A stretch of 64,000 nucleotides of DNA from NCBI GenBank assembly GCA_963732935.1, contig CAVTBK010000005.1, positions 528,736 to 592,735 on the forward strand, written 5' to 3'. Under the pieces are notes generated by a model. It saw only the letters and a program-made list of their open reading frames with translations, made no database searches and was not told where the DNA came from. The position numbers were made by a program, and so were the translations under genes. The DNA is from an uncultured Acidobacteriota bacterium (GTDB lineage: Bacteria; Acidobacteriota; Vicinamibacteria; Fen-336). This document shows positions 11,301 to 17,573 of the stretch, piece by piece (position 1 is the first letter of the stretch; every line of letters begins with the position of its first letter).

Positions 11301-13212
11301 TCTGGCCGGTCGCGGGCACGCCGCTGGTGGCGGGATCAGCACCTGCACCGCTGAGCGTCGTCAAGTCAGGTCGGGTGACGGTGGTCGTCCCCGAGACGTA
11401 CTGCCAGTTCGGGGGAAGGTAGTCGGTGACCGTCACGCTACCCACCGTGTATTTTTCCGACCTCACGGCGAGCGTGAAGGTCGCCTGCGAACCGGACGCG
11501 GTCGGGACCACCTGAGGTGTCACCGACTTGGTCACGCCCAGCACGAGCGAGATGAAGTCGGTGCCGGGGATTGCCACGTAGCCGAGGTCCAGCGCGGGCG
11601 CGCCAGTCGGGGCGTTGTTCGAGTTCTGGCCGTACGCCATGCTGAAGAGCCCGGTCGCCCAGATCCGGGCGCCCGAGAGGTCGCCGTCGTTCGGGTCGTA
11701 GATATACTGGCTCTGCAGGCGGCTCAGGGTGTAGGTCTGGTCGATCGTCCCGTCGTTGTCGTAGTCGACGAACACGGTCGTGTTGTCCTGGGCGGCGATC
11801 AGAAAGGCGCCCATGTCGCTTCTGTCGCCGGCGGCGCAGGTCGTCGGGTAGCAGTCGGGCGCCCAGCCGAAGAAGTGCTCCCGGTAGAGCATCGTGGACG
11901 GGAGCAGGCTGTATCCCCACTCGTGCGCCTGCCCCTCGGAGTCGTTGGAGCCCACCCCCCAGAAGACGTCGCTGCCCCGCAGGTAGAGCCCCGAGCCGGC
12001 AGGCAGGTTGCCCGCCAGCGCGCGGAAGGACACCGCGCTGGTGGCGGGGATGTTGAAGAAACCGGAGGTCGTCTCGGTGGACCAGTCGATCCTGATCGAC
12101 GCCGCGTTCGGGTTGTAGAGGTAGTAGTCGGTGTAGCCGTTCGCCGTGCTGGTGGGCTGGTCGAGCGGGGCGTAGTAGTCGGTCGTCCAGAAGCCGCGGG
12201 GGAAGGCGCTGAAGCCGCGCGTGTTGTAGGTGTCGTTGGTGTTGCCCGCGATGTACTTCACCTGCAGCGTGTCGCTGCCGGTGATGATCGCCCCCTCCGC
12301 CAGGTTGCCGGCCGCGACGTGGGCGCTGGTGTCGTCGAGCAGGAAGGTCTGCCCCTCCTGCAAGGTCACCGAGTAGGCGTCGAGGGCGCCGTTCCTGTCG
12401 GTGTCGAGCTGATCGGCCGTGCCGTCGTGGTTGAGGTCGAAGGTTACCGTCGTGTTGTTCTTGGTCGCCTGGACCAGCACGGCCACGTGCTCGAAGCCGT
12501 GCCATCCACGTGTCTCGCCGAAGGGAAGCACGTAGGTCGTGAGCTGCGGCTTGATCGGGTAGATCTCCCAGGCGGCTCCCTGGACCCCGACGGTTCCGCC
12601 CCGGGCGGCATTCTCGTCCAGCCAGCCCACCCGCGTGACCGTGACCACCCCGCCGGCGACGTAGATGCGATCCCCCCCGTCGTAGCAGGTGGTGCTGTTG
12701 GTCCCGCCCCTGATCACCGTCGAGGTGCCCCCGGCCCGGTAGAGCGTGGCCGAGTAGGTGCCGCACTGGGTCGCCGGTGGGTTGGGGGGCGCGCTGGGGT
12801 AGGTGTTCCAACGCGGGAGCGCGATCGTGCCGCTGTCGAAGACCAGACGGTCGCCGGTGTTGAGGGCGTGGCCGCTGGCCACGTCATAGGTCTCATCCGC
12901 GGTGGCGGGATTCGCGGGGTCGAAACCGTAGCCGTTCTCCCAGTGGTCGAAGTAGACGGTCGTGTTGTCCGACCAGGCCGTCACGCTGATCACGACGTGT
13001 GTGTGGACGGGGTTCGGGCACGGGTACGCCCAGGCGCCGTAGACGCAGAGGACGCGGCCCATGTTGTCCTCGTCGCCTGGGATGAAGTACTCGGAGTACC
13101 CGGCCGCGACCTGGGCCATGGCCGGCGATGCGGCCAGGACGAGGAGGAGCGCCAGGGCACCCCGGCGCCATGCCTTGAGAGCACGGAAGGTCGTCGTCAG
13201 AGCAAGAATCAT
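5359..13212 (-). CDS. Giant secreted multidomain protein (about 2617 aa): signal peptide, three N-terminal repeats, DUF11-like repeats, two lectin/CBM-like modules, about six Cna-B/SdrD-type repeats, Ala/Ser-rich linker, C-terminal peptidase C25 (gingipain-like) domain
   Basis: Single ORF. The likely start is the ATG at 13210-13212 (MILALTTTFRALKAWRRGALALLLVLAASPAMA-QV, a signal peptide); the ORF track extends to 13410 through an in-frame upstream region with no ATG start. Repeats of the SdrD-B type (VWLDADGDGVQDFGESGIANVEVTL, VWVDANGNGLRDAGE, VWFDLNGNGLWDSGSE, VYFDTNGNGVQDSGE, VWNDTNGNGVLDTGE). The C-terminal 340 aa align to gingipain catalytic-domain motifs (YVTLVG, NYVGHGG, LGMTCVAGNF). 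Confidence 0.85.
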   Translation of the reverse strand: MILALTTTFRALKAWRRGALALLLVLAASPAMAQVAAGYSEYFIPGDEDNMGRVLCVYGAWAYPCPNPVHTHVVISVTAWSDNTTVYFDHWENGYGFDPANPATADETYDVASGHALNTGDRLVFDSGTIALPRWNTYPSAPPNPPATQCGTYSATLYRAGGTSTVIRGGTNSTTCYDGGDRIYVAGGVVTVTRVGWLDENAARGGTVGVQGAAWEIYPIKPQLTTYVLPFGETRGWHGFEHVAVLVQATKNNTTVTFDLNHDGTADQLDTDRNGALDAYSVTLQEGQTFLLDDTSAHVAAGNLAEGAIITGSDTLQVKYIAGNTNDTYNTRGFSAFPRGFWTTDYYAPLDQPTSTANGYTDYYLYNPNAASIRIDWSTETTSGFFNIPATSAVSFRALAGNLPAGSGLYLRGSDVFWGVGSNDSEGQAHEWGYSLLPSTMLYREHFFGWAPDCYPTTCAAGDRSDMGAFLIAAQDNTTVFVDYDNDGTIDQTYTLSRLQSQYIYDPNDGDLSGARIWATGLFSMAYGQNSNNAPTGAPALDLGYVAIPGTDFISLVLGVTKSVTPQVVPTASGSQATFTLAVRSEKYTVGSVTVTDYLPPNWQYVSGTTTVTRPDLTTLSGAGADPATSGVPATGQTLVWSTAQTGGAMAPNQSIVVTFTARTTVALPEGTLSQNRVQAVGTRTVSGVTQTFTTKDFTYVVSEGTAGTTVQITKASSVPEATPVYPGDTLTYTTTVSNPAGSGTTLTGVTLYDMLPAGVSSVSGTTILSASSVADRFDTVAYGNNNGSRNWTGSWVETQDDAAPATGVVRVTGGELRLTSYLTPPSTVEDDFGTAAYNNNDGTTNWNGNWVDSQGDGPNAGDIRILNGQLRLGGNAQTIYRQVNLAGATAATITCNYTTSGNVDNGDYMWIDVASSPAGPWTTVLNFQNDHTGTVNFAIPAGLLSATTTIRIYTTSYENNEYFYVDNLAISYSAATPAISRGVDLAGSGATWAELAFDYRTSNNLEPTDDIAVQYRLGGGGAWMTLATYSDDVSGVATFAIPLAAPAGLTEVRFSIPAASDYAENGEYFYVDNLSITYDRAVSGSNPPDLLPSAYGYALAAGRTLTATFNVTVDAPLPTGISSITNTASTTSVQLPIQVSASATNIVTNPSVVSASVAGRIWLDADGDGVQDFGESGIANVEVTLKDVWGTPLGTLYTDVGGRYLFPTVAPGDGYYVEVTGGLPAGVSQSYPNPAVYGGNRSVPFNLARGDSYTSADLGYRPATGTVLFGDQVWVDANGNGLRDAGEVAYAGATVSLLLDANGNGVLDAGETTPIQTTTSGVDGHYLLTASGLTGGEDYFVAVQTPGGYALTTPGTYYFPNVVAGTAYVTADFGFTGSTVTTYAISDRVWFDLNGNGLWDSGSESGIAGVSVDLLDASLNVIGTAVSAADGTFSFSGVTGGGANYTTRVSDTGGVLADFAGTTTWAVARRRAESNLTADRDRRSSPSYGFRATRAIGDTVYFDTNGNGVQDSGEGGIPGVVVQLYQGGTPLYTTTTDANGHYVFAGLGDGSYVVSVPALTGYAFTGTDADPVLAGLQLNATITGGVSYWGADFGFQALVSRSLSGVVWNDTNGNGVLDTGETGIAGVTLDVLSGGTVIAGLTTDADGIYSVQGLAAGTYTVELTDVNGVLAGLSATYERTEGTTGPFDLQETVDLSSADVSGVDFGFRPPQVTFANVASFRTHLTGGAVVVEWRTSVEVGTRGFHIFRFDTVSREWKRLDERLVPGLLGHPEGGTYRFTDFGAEAEGPSSYMLVEVDARGVEQAHGPYTVAPSETAASVAADPEPSMRSLGSSVAGNRAKTVLSVLAGPSPWLSGQGAAAASLAQAAAMSSVASSAGGMSSVASSAAGGSLAMKDLLFGRQPAPMTQLAQQRAQEANAQQRAAAAARRSWRGGWVELTTRQSGLYYVAADEIAVPAGLTPDTARVLIRTRQLVVAHRGQPVPYLPDALDAGIFFYAEPATGIYTDENVYQIGVGSGATMSAVATDGRGGAAAFFQETVHREEDVFAAPSVVQDPDGDFWFWAYALAGYEGLDTASVTVPAVGVVAAGSASLTIRMAGGSDDAAEIDHHVTVSWNGSTVGEDSWGGLGPHLIQIPMLAGEVREGDNTLEVRAVHDAGVPEDVVYLDSVDLGYARQYRAVDDTLAFAAPRGAAVEISGFSSADVLLLDVTTPASPRLLSHTTTAVPGEGYRIRFGAVAASSGRYLALVRQRALAPLAVVASRQPTLRDRHNVAEYVLIAPDSLEPAAAALADYRNRNGLRTMVAPLTAIYSEFNGGIPEPTAIRAFLRYATASWQTPPRYVTLVGRGTWDYKDVMGVGDNLVPPLMASSANGLFVSDVRLADLRGDDGIPEVAIGRLPVVTSQELLDYLAKIERQESAPGEAWQHAVLMAADNPDGAGAFTADSDAVAALLPPGYAAAKVYLTTTTAASGRKAIRDALNAGVGVFNYVGHGGLDRFADEGLWTSSDVAGLANPDRLPILLGMTCVAGNFAIPGYASLAETMVLKKDGGAFAAWSPTGLSENALAVKLDKSFFTAALLRNEKVVGDAVGRALRELIGASAVPTRYMYNLLGEPVSRLPD
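5362..6395 (-). other. Peptidase C25 (clan CD, gingipain-like) catalytic domain at the C-terminus of the giant protein
   Basis: aa about 2340-2683: VLIAPDSLEPAAAALADYRNRNGL...PRYVTLVGRG...IPEVAIGRLPV...NYVGHGGLDRF (candidate His, codon about 5746-5748) ...PILLGMTCVAGNF (candidate Cys, codon about 5644-5646). No recognisable T9SS, PEP-CTERM or LPXTG C-terminal sorting signal follows. Confidence 0.7.
7551..7610. repeat. Near-perfect 30-bp tandem duplication inside the giant gene linker
   Basis: ccgccgacgaggccacgctggacatgccgc followed by ccgccgacgaggccacgctggacatcgcgg. It encodes the duplicated SSVASSAGGM/SSVASSAAGG within an Ala/Ser/Gln-rich low-complexity linker. Confidence 0.7.
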
Positions 13213-13419
13213 CGGGCCCCCGCGGCCAGAAAACGCCTGTCGGAGCATAGCCGGGGTGGCTGAGAATACGTCGTGTTTCCGGACACATCGCACCACGCCT
13301 GTGATCCAACGCAAGTGCGATGCCGCGTCGCAAGTCGCTTGTTTGCAGCAAATTCGCGACGTGATCCTGTCCGGGTTCCGGACGCGGGGTCCGATCCGGA
13401 CCCGCAACACGCCGAGTCG
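13213..13419 (-). promoter_or_regulatory. AT-richer 207-bp intergenic region upstream of the giant gene, with three TCCGGAC motifs and CGCAAGT direct repeats
   Basis: TCCGGAC occurs at about 13277-13283, 13374-13380 and 13395-13401, around the palindromic core TCCGGA. cgcaagtgcga and cgcaagtcgc lie at 13311-13338. GC is locally lower (aaattcgcgacg, ttgtttgcagcaaatt). Confidence 0.3.
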
Positions 13420-14520
13420 CTAGGTGCGGGCCACGCCCGCCAGGTAGCCCTCGACGACGTCGACCGCCGCCACCTCGGGCCGGAACTCCAGGGTCGCTGT
13501 GGGAACCGAAGACACGAGCCGGCCGCAGGTCTCGAGCGCACCGCCCACGTAGTCCCGGTCGTACCAGGGCACCGACGTCGTGCGCAGCAGCCGGGCGAGC
13601 GCGTCCTGGGCACTGACCGGACGGACCTCGTTGGTCCGTCCCTGCTCGAGGAAGAGGATGCCCGCCAGCGGGCCTTCGAGGTTCGCCGCAGCCAGTCCCT
13701 CTCCCGGCCAAGGCGTGCCGAGGAGCGAGGGGTTCCCGTCCTCGGTCCGTACGATGACCCTGTCGTCAGAGAGCGGCGTCCAGCCCGCTCTCCCGGCCGC
13801 GAGGGCGGTGAGCGTCGTCTTCCCCGCCCCGGAGACACCGACGAAGGCGAGCCCCTTCCCGCCGACGAGAGCGCCGGCCCCGTGCACGACGATGCCACTC
13901 TCGGCGAGCAGGTACATGGTGAGGATCTGATCGAGCGGATAGTGGAACGGGCTCGTGAGGACCGGGCCCGCCTCGTCGCTCACCAGAAGCCGCGGTGCGC
14001 ACTGGACCACGACTTCCGGCGAGCCGGGACGGAACTCCGCCACGTACAGCGTGTCGCCGTCGGGGTGCCGGAACGCCACCGCTCGTCGCTTGTCCCTGGC
14101 GAGGATCGACCAGGTAGCGCTGCTCCGAAAGAGCGTCTCTCCCTCGAAGGAGGGGGACTGGGTGACCGTGTGCCGGATCCGCACGGCGGACCGCGCCGCC
14201 GCAAGGCCAGGGGCCGTCGGGGCGGCGGCGACGAAGGTGCGATAGGCCGGGTCGCTCTCCAGTCGGAGCTCGAGCCCTTCCGCCGAGAGCAGGAAGTCGA
14301 CGCCGCCGAGACGGATGCGCCAGGAGGGGGGCAGGCCTAGGAGCCCTTGCCCGCGCAGCTGTGGACCATGCAGACGGGGGGGGCCGCAGAGCCCACGGCA
14401 GTCCTGCCAACCATCTTGCAGCCGACCGCGAGCACTTCCTCGGCTTTGAGGTCGACGATCAGCAGCTCGGGCTTCTCGTACGGCGCCTTCGCCGGGGGCT
14501 CCCTCGTCACCATACGTCAC
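13420..14520 (-). CDS. HPr kinase/phosphorylase C-terminal-domain-like kinase (lasso-peptide-kinase-like, HprK-related)
   Basis: HGAGALVGGKGLAFVGVSGAGKTTLTALAAGRAGWTPLSDDRVIV matches the HprK C-domain pattern HG.L....G.G.L..G.SG.GKS..A..L...G..L..DD (a P-loop). The N-terminal extent is uncertain; the track uses the farthest alternative start. Confidence 0.65.
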   Translation of the reverse strand: MTYGDEGAPGEGAVREARAADRRPQSRGSARGRLQDGWQDCRGLCGPPRLHGPQLRGQGLLGLPPSWRIRLGGVDFLLSAEGLELRLESDPAYRTFVAAAPTAPGLAAARSAVRIRHTVTQSPSFEGETLFRSSATWSILARDKRRAVAFRHPDGDTLYVAEFRPGSPEVVVQCAPRLLVSDEAGPVLTSPFHYPLDQILTMYLLAESGIVVHGAGALVGGKGLAFVGVSGAGKTTLTALAAGRAGWTPLSDDRVIVRTEDGNPSLLGTPWPGEGLAAANLEGPLAGILFLEQGRTNEVRPVSAQDALARLLRTTSVPWYDRDYVGGALETCGRLVSSVPTATLEFRPEVAAVDVVEGYLAGVART

Positions 14521-14596
14521 GTTAAGGCGACGCTGACTCGCTTGTCAAGGAAGCGCGGGCTGGTAGAGACGGGCGCCGGGAAGGTGGCCGAACGCC

Positions 14597-15631
14597 CTAC
14601 TCGTCGAGCAATGCGGCGATCGCCCGCCAGCGGGCCTCGCCGAGCGCGCAGTAGTAGTCGGACTTGCGCTGCGGGCTCCCCGTCTCCATGCCGGCCTGCG
14701 CCGGACACAGACCGCACAGGAAGCGCTTCTCGCAGGAGTGACATTCGTAGCCCGGCTCGACCGGCTGCTCCCGGAAGCCGGGCAGGACGGTCTCCCACCC
14801 TTCCCGGAAGCTGCCTCGACGCAGGTCGAAGCCGTGCGACGAGGCCATCAGACACGGCAGCAGCGTGCCCTCCGGGTCCACGTGGAAGCCGGTCAGGCCG
14901 GCCCCACACGAGAAGAGGCGCTGCTCGGGTGCTGCGCCGCGCACCTTTCGAAAGTACTCGGCGGTGAGACGCAGCAGGCCCTCGTCCTCCATCTCCAGAG
15001 CCACCGTCTGCTCCGGCGCGACGCGGTGGTCGAGCGGGGTCCGGCAGCCGTCGCGGCACGGGAAGAGCGCTCCGTCGATCCGGAACGCGAGCTGCCGCTC
15101 CTCCGCCAGCCCGCGCATTGCCCGGACCTCGTGCAGGTTCTCACGCATGACCACGGTCTTGAGGGCGACCGGGATGCGCCGGGCGACGAGCGCATCGACG
15201 CCGGCCAGGCAGCGCCGGTAGGAGCCGGGCACGCCCGTCACCCCCTCGTAGACCTCGGCGCTCGCCCCGTAGAGCGAGACCTCGACCATCTCCGGTGTGA
15301 GCCGCTCGAAGAGCGAGACGAGCCGCTCGTCGACGAGCGTGGCGTTGGTGAAGACGGTGACCAGGATGCCGCGGCGCGCGGCCCGCTCGTACACCTCGGC
15401 GAAGTCGCGTCGCAGCAGGGGCTCCCCGCCCGTGATCAGGAGGTTCAGGCATCCGGCGTCCGCCACCTGGTCGACCAGCGACAGCCAGAAGGCGGTCGCG
15501 CGCTCGCGGGGCTCGAGACCGCCCTGCCGCTCGTCGCCCAGGTAGCAGTGCAGACAGCGCAGGTGGCAGCGGTGGGTCATGGCGATCGAGCCGCTCAGGG
15601 GGACCCTGGCCGCCCGCGCACGCTCCAGCAT
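14597..15631 (-). CDS. Radical SAM/SPASM-domain peptide-modifying enzyme
   Basis: CHLRCLHCY is a CxxxCxxC motif soon after the likely start MLERARA. The C-terminal Cys-rich twitch/SPASM region reads YECHSCEKRFLCGLCPAQAG...YYC. The track ORF extends to 15763, overlapping pqqD; the true start is uncertain (ATG near 15630). Confidence 0.8.
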   Translation of the reverse strand: MLERARAARVPLSGSIAMTHRCHLRCLHCYLGDERQGGLEPRERATAFWLSLVDQVADAGCLNLLITGGEPLLRRDFAEVYERAARRGILVTVFTNATLVDERLVSLFERLTPEMVEVSLYGASAEVYEGVTGVPGSYRRCLAGVDALVARRIPVALKTVVMRENLHEVRAMRGLAEERQLAFRIDGALFPCRDGCRTPLDHRVAPEQTVALEMEDEGLLRLTAEYFRKVRGAAPEQRLFSCGAGLTGFHVDPEGTLLPCLMASSHGFDLRRGSFREGWETVLPGFREQPVEPGYECHSCEKRFLCGLCPAQAGMETGSPQRKSDYYCALGEARWRAIAALLDE

Positions 15632-15680
15632 CGCCGTGATCCGCGCGTGAACGGCGTCGGCATGCGGTGCGGCGCCCACC

Positions 15681-15983
15681 TCAGCTCCTCCGCTCGGCGA
15701 TGCCAGCCTCGGCCAGCCGCTCCACGAAGGCTCGGAGGTCCACGCGAGCCTCCTCGGCGCCAACCTCGTAGTGGTCCAGGATGGCGGCGAGCACGGCCTC
15801 CAGCGACCGCTCGCCGTCCAGCAGTTCCCAGACGAAAGCGCCGACGCCGGTCACCATGAAGATCGACTTCAGCTCGGCCGCGTCCCGCCGGATCGGCACC
15901 AGCAACCGCTCACCGGCCACGTCCCGGAGGATGACGTCGTTTCGCCGCGCGAAGACGGCGTCCGCAGCGTTCTGCTGAGGCAT
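15681..15983 (-). CDS. PqqD-family peptide chaperone (RRE domain)
   Basis: MPQQNAADAVFARRNDVILRDVAGERLLVP...IFMVTGVGAFVWELLDGERSLEAVLAAILDHYEV...RAFVERLAEAGI is the canonical PqqD fold signature. The ATG at 15981-15983 is preferred over the track's TTG at 16025. Confidence 0.8.
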   Translation of the reverse strand: MPQQNAADAVFARRNDVILRDVAGERLLVPIRRDAAELKSIFMVTGVGAFVWELLDGERSLEAVLAAILDHYEVGAEEARVDLRAFVERLAEAGIAERRS

Positions 15984-16024
15984 GGGCTGGTGGGCAGCAT
16001 ACGGCGCGCGAGCGGAGACGGTCA

Positions 16025-16042
16025 AGCGGCCCTTGGCTATAC
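16025..16042. repeat. Left copy of an 18-bp direct repeat (AGCGGCCCTTGGCTATAC) flanking the IS
   Basis: It is identical to 17556-17573. The right copy contains the TAG stop of the methyltransferase gene. Confidence 0.7.
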
Positions 16043-17555
16043 TGTTGTTGACAAGTGAAATGTCCGCTTGGTTTTGACAAGTGATCGGTCCGCTTTTCGC
16101 TAGGCCTTCGATGTGGCGTGCAGGGTCGGAGTGCCAGCCGGAGGGAGCCGGAGGCGACCGGAGGCTGGCACTGCAGCGGCGGCCGCCCGCCGCTTCGAGG
16201 GCCTGTAGCTGCTGATCGCGGGGACGACCTGAGAGTCGACCCGAGCTGCGTTCGTCGATCCTGGGGCATCCTGGCGCGTCGGTCTGCTCGGCTCGGGCGC
16301 GCGAGCCCGACCCTCCGCGCTGTAGGAGCCGAGGAGCTGGGCACCACGGCGAATCGTGTAGCCTCCGTCGAGGTGGCGGCGGACCTGGACCGCAAGCCCC
16401 GCGCAGGTGTGGCGCCCCGGCTGCTTCGCGATCTGCAGCACGGTTCCTTCGAGGCTGACCGTGTTGTCCCTACGTACCGTGCGGTCTTCGTACTCGAAGA
16501 AGATCCCATTGAGATCAACCTCACCGAGCCCCACGAAAGCACTCTCGGGATCGGAAGCCTCGCAGGCGAACTCCTCGTTGTGCGTCGGGATGTAGCGCTC
16601 GCCTAGATATCGATTCGCCGCCTCTACCGTCGTGATCCCGGCCGCGCGCAGCTCGTTCACCAGCCGGTCCTGCAAAGTGCGATTCATCCGCTCAGAGCGG
16701 CCGCGTCCTTGGGGCGAGTAGGACGGGATGTGCTCGACCCCGAGCCGATCCAGCGCCTCCCCGACTTGGGTCAAGACCGTCTTGCTGACCTTGCCCCCGG
16801 CCTTCGGAGTCTCGAAAGCCCACCCCGCTCGGTCCGTGTAGAACGACTCGGGGATGCCATGCTGCCGCACCAGCTCCGCCATCGCTGTCATCACGGCGCG
16901 GGTCGTCTCTCCTGGCCACAGTTGCGCATAGAGCACCCGCGAGGTCGCATCGTCCACCGACTGAATCAGCGTCTGCTTTTCCCCGGGCACCAGCGCCAGC
17001 CAGGCATGGAGGCTGCCGTCCAGGTGCAGCATCTGACCGAAGCGGGGCTTCCTCGGTCTCCTCATCCGGTGTCGACCTCGAGCCTTACGTTTCTCGATCA
17101 GACCCGCCCCCTGCAGGATCTGCTTCACGCACGTGTACGACAGCTTCACTCCGTGCTCCCGGCGTACCGTCGAGCAGAAGTGCCGAGCGTTGAAGCCCCG
17201 ATAGCGGTCCCGATACAGCTGCAGGATCCGCTCGATTTCCGCCACCGCTGTCCGCCGTGGAGACGGTCGGCCGCACCGCCGGTCGACAAGCCCCTCGTAC
17301 CCGAACCGCTCCATCCTCTGCCGCACCCGCCTCAAGCCTCGAGGCGTAATCCCCAGGATCTCCGCAGCCCGAAGCCAGCTGTACTCCTTGTTCATCGTCC
17401 GCAGCAGCACTTCCTTGACCTGCATGGCCCGCTCCACAGCCGAGAGCGGAAAGTCCATGGCCACCTCCACCGGCGGCCATACACCCCTTCTTCCCGGCTG
17501 GCAAAAGCGGACATTTCACTTGCTCTCGAGAGCGGACCGATCATGTGCTCTCTAC
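16043..17555 (-). mobile_element. Insertion sequence (about 1.5 kb) with IS481/ISNCY-like rve transposase and composite terminal repeats
   Basis: Single transposase ORF at 16100-17470. Each end carries two sub-repeats, CAAGTGAAATGTCCGCTT and TGATCGGTCCGCT, in inverted orientation (left 16050-16098; right 17505-17553 as reverse complement). It is bounded by the 18-bp direct repeat. Confidence 0.75.
16100..17470 (-). CDS. DDE (rve/integrase-core) transposase with N-terminal HTH, IS481/ISNCY-like
   Basis: 456 aa. N-terminal HTH region (WLRAAEILGITPRGLRRVRQR), then integrase-core DDE residues: LHLDGSLHAW, ...IQSVDDATSR (D), ...FYTDRAGW (D), ...SERMNRTLQDR (E). It appears intact. Confidence 0.85.
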   Translation of the reverse strand: MEVAMDFPLSAVERAMQVKEVLLRTMNKEYSWLRAAEILGITPRGLRRVRQRMERFGYEGLVDRRCGRPSPRRTAVAEIERILQLYRDRYRGFNARHFCSTVRREHGVKLSYTCVKQILQGAGLIEKRKARGRHRMRRPRKPRFGQMLHLDGSLHAWLALVPGEKQTLIQSVDDATSRVLYAQLWPGETTRAVMTAMAELVRQHGIPESFYTDRAGWAFETPKAGGKVSKTVLTQVGEALDRLGVEHIPSYSPQGRGRSERMNRTLQDRLVNELRAAGITTVEAANRYLGERYIPTHNEEFACEASDPESAFVGLGEVDLNGIFFEYEDRTVRRDNTVSLEGTVLQIAKQPGRHTCAGLAVQVRRHLDGGYTIRRGAQLLGSYSAEGRARAPEPSRPTRQDAPGSTNAARVDSQVVPAISSYRPSKRRAAAAAVPASGRLRLPPAGTPTLHATSKA

Positions 17556-17573
17556 AGCGGCCCTTGGCTATAC
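17556..17573. repeat. Right copy of the 18-bp direct repeat flanking the IS
   Basis: AGCGGCCCTTGGCTATAC, identical to 16025-16042. Confidence 0.7.

Noticed and set aside
13213-13410. Cys-containing in-frame N-terminal extension of the giant gene (…ICCKQATCDAASHLRWITGVVRC…) as a possible precursor peptide or longer start
   Set aside because: It has no ATG and no SD. It lies in the AT-richer promoter-like gap, and the signal peptide begins at the downstream ATG (13212). Chance read-through is likely.
15631-15763. Track start of the radical SAM ORF at 15763 (TTG), giving a 130-nt overlap with pqqD
   Set aside because: The N-terminal 44 codons overlap pqqD in another frame and lack rSAM-like features. 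An internal ATG (MLERARA…) just before the CxxxCxxC motif is the more plausible start, though the exact start remains unverified.
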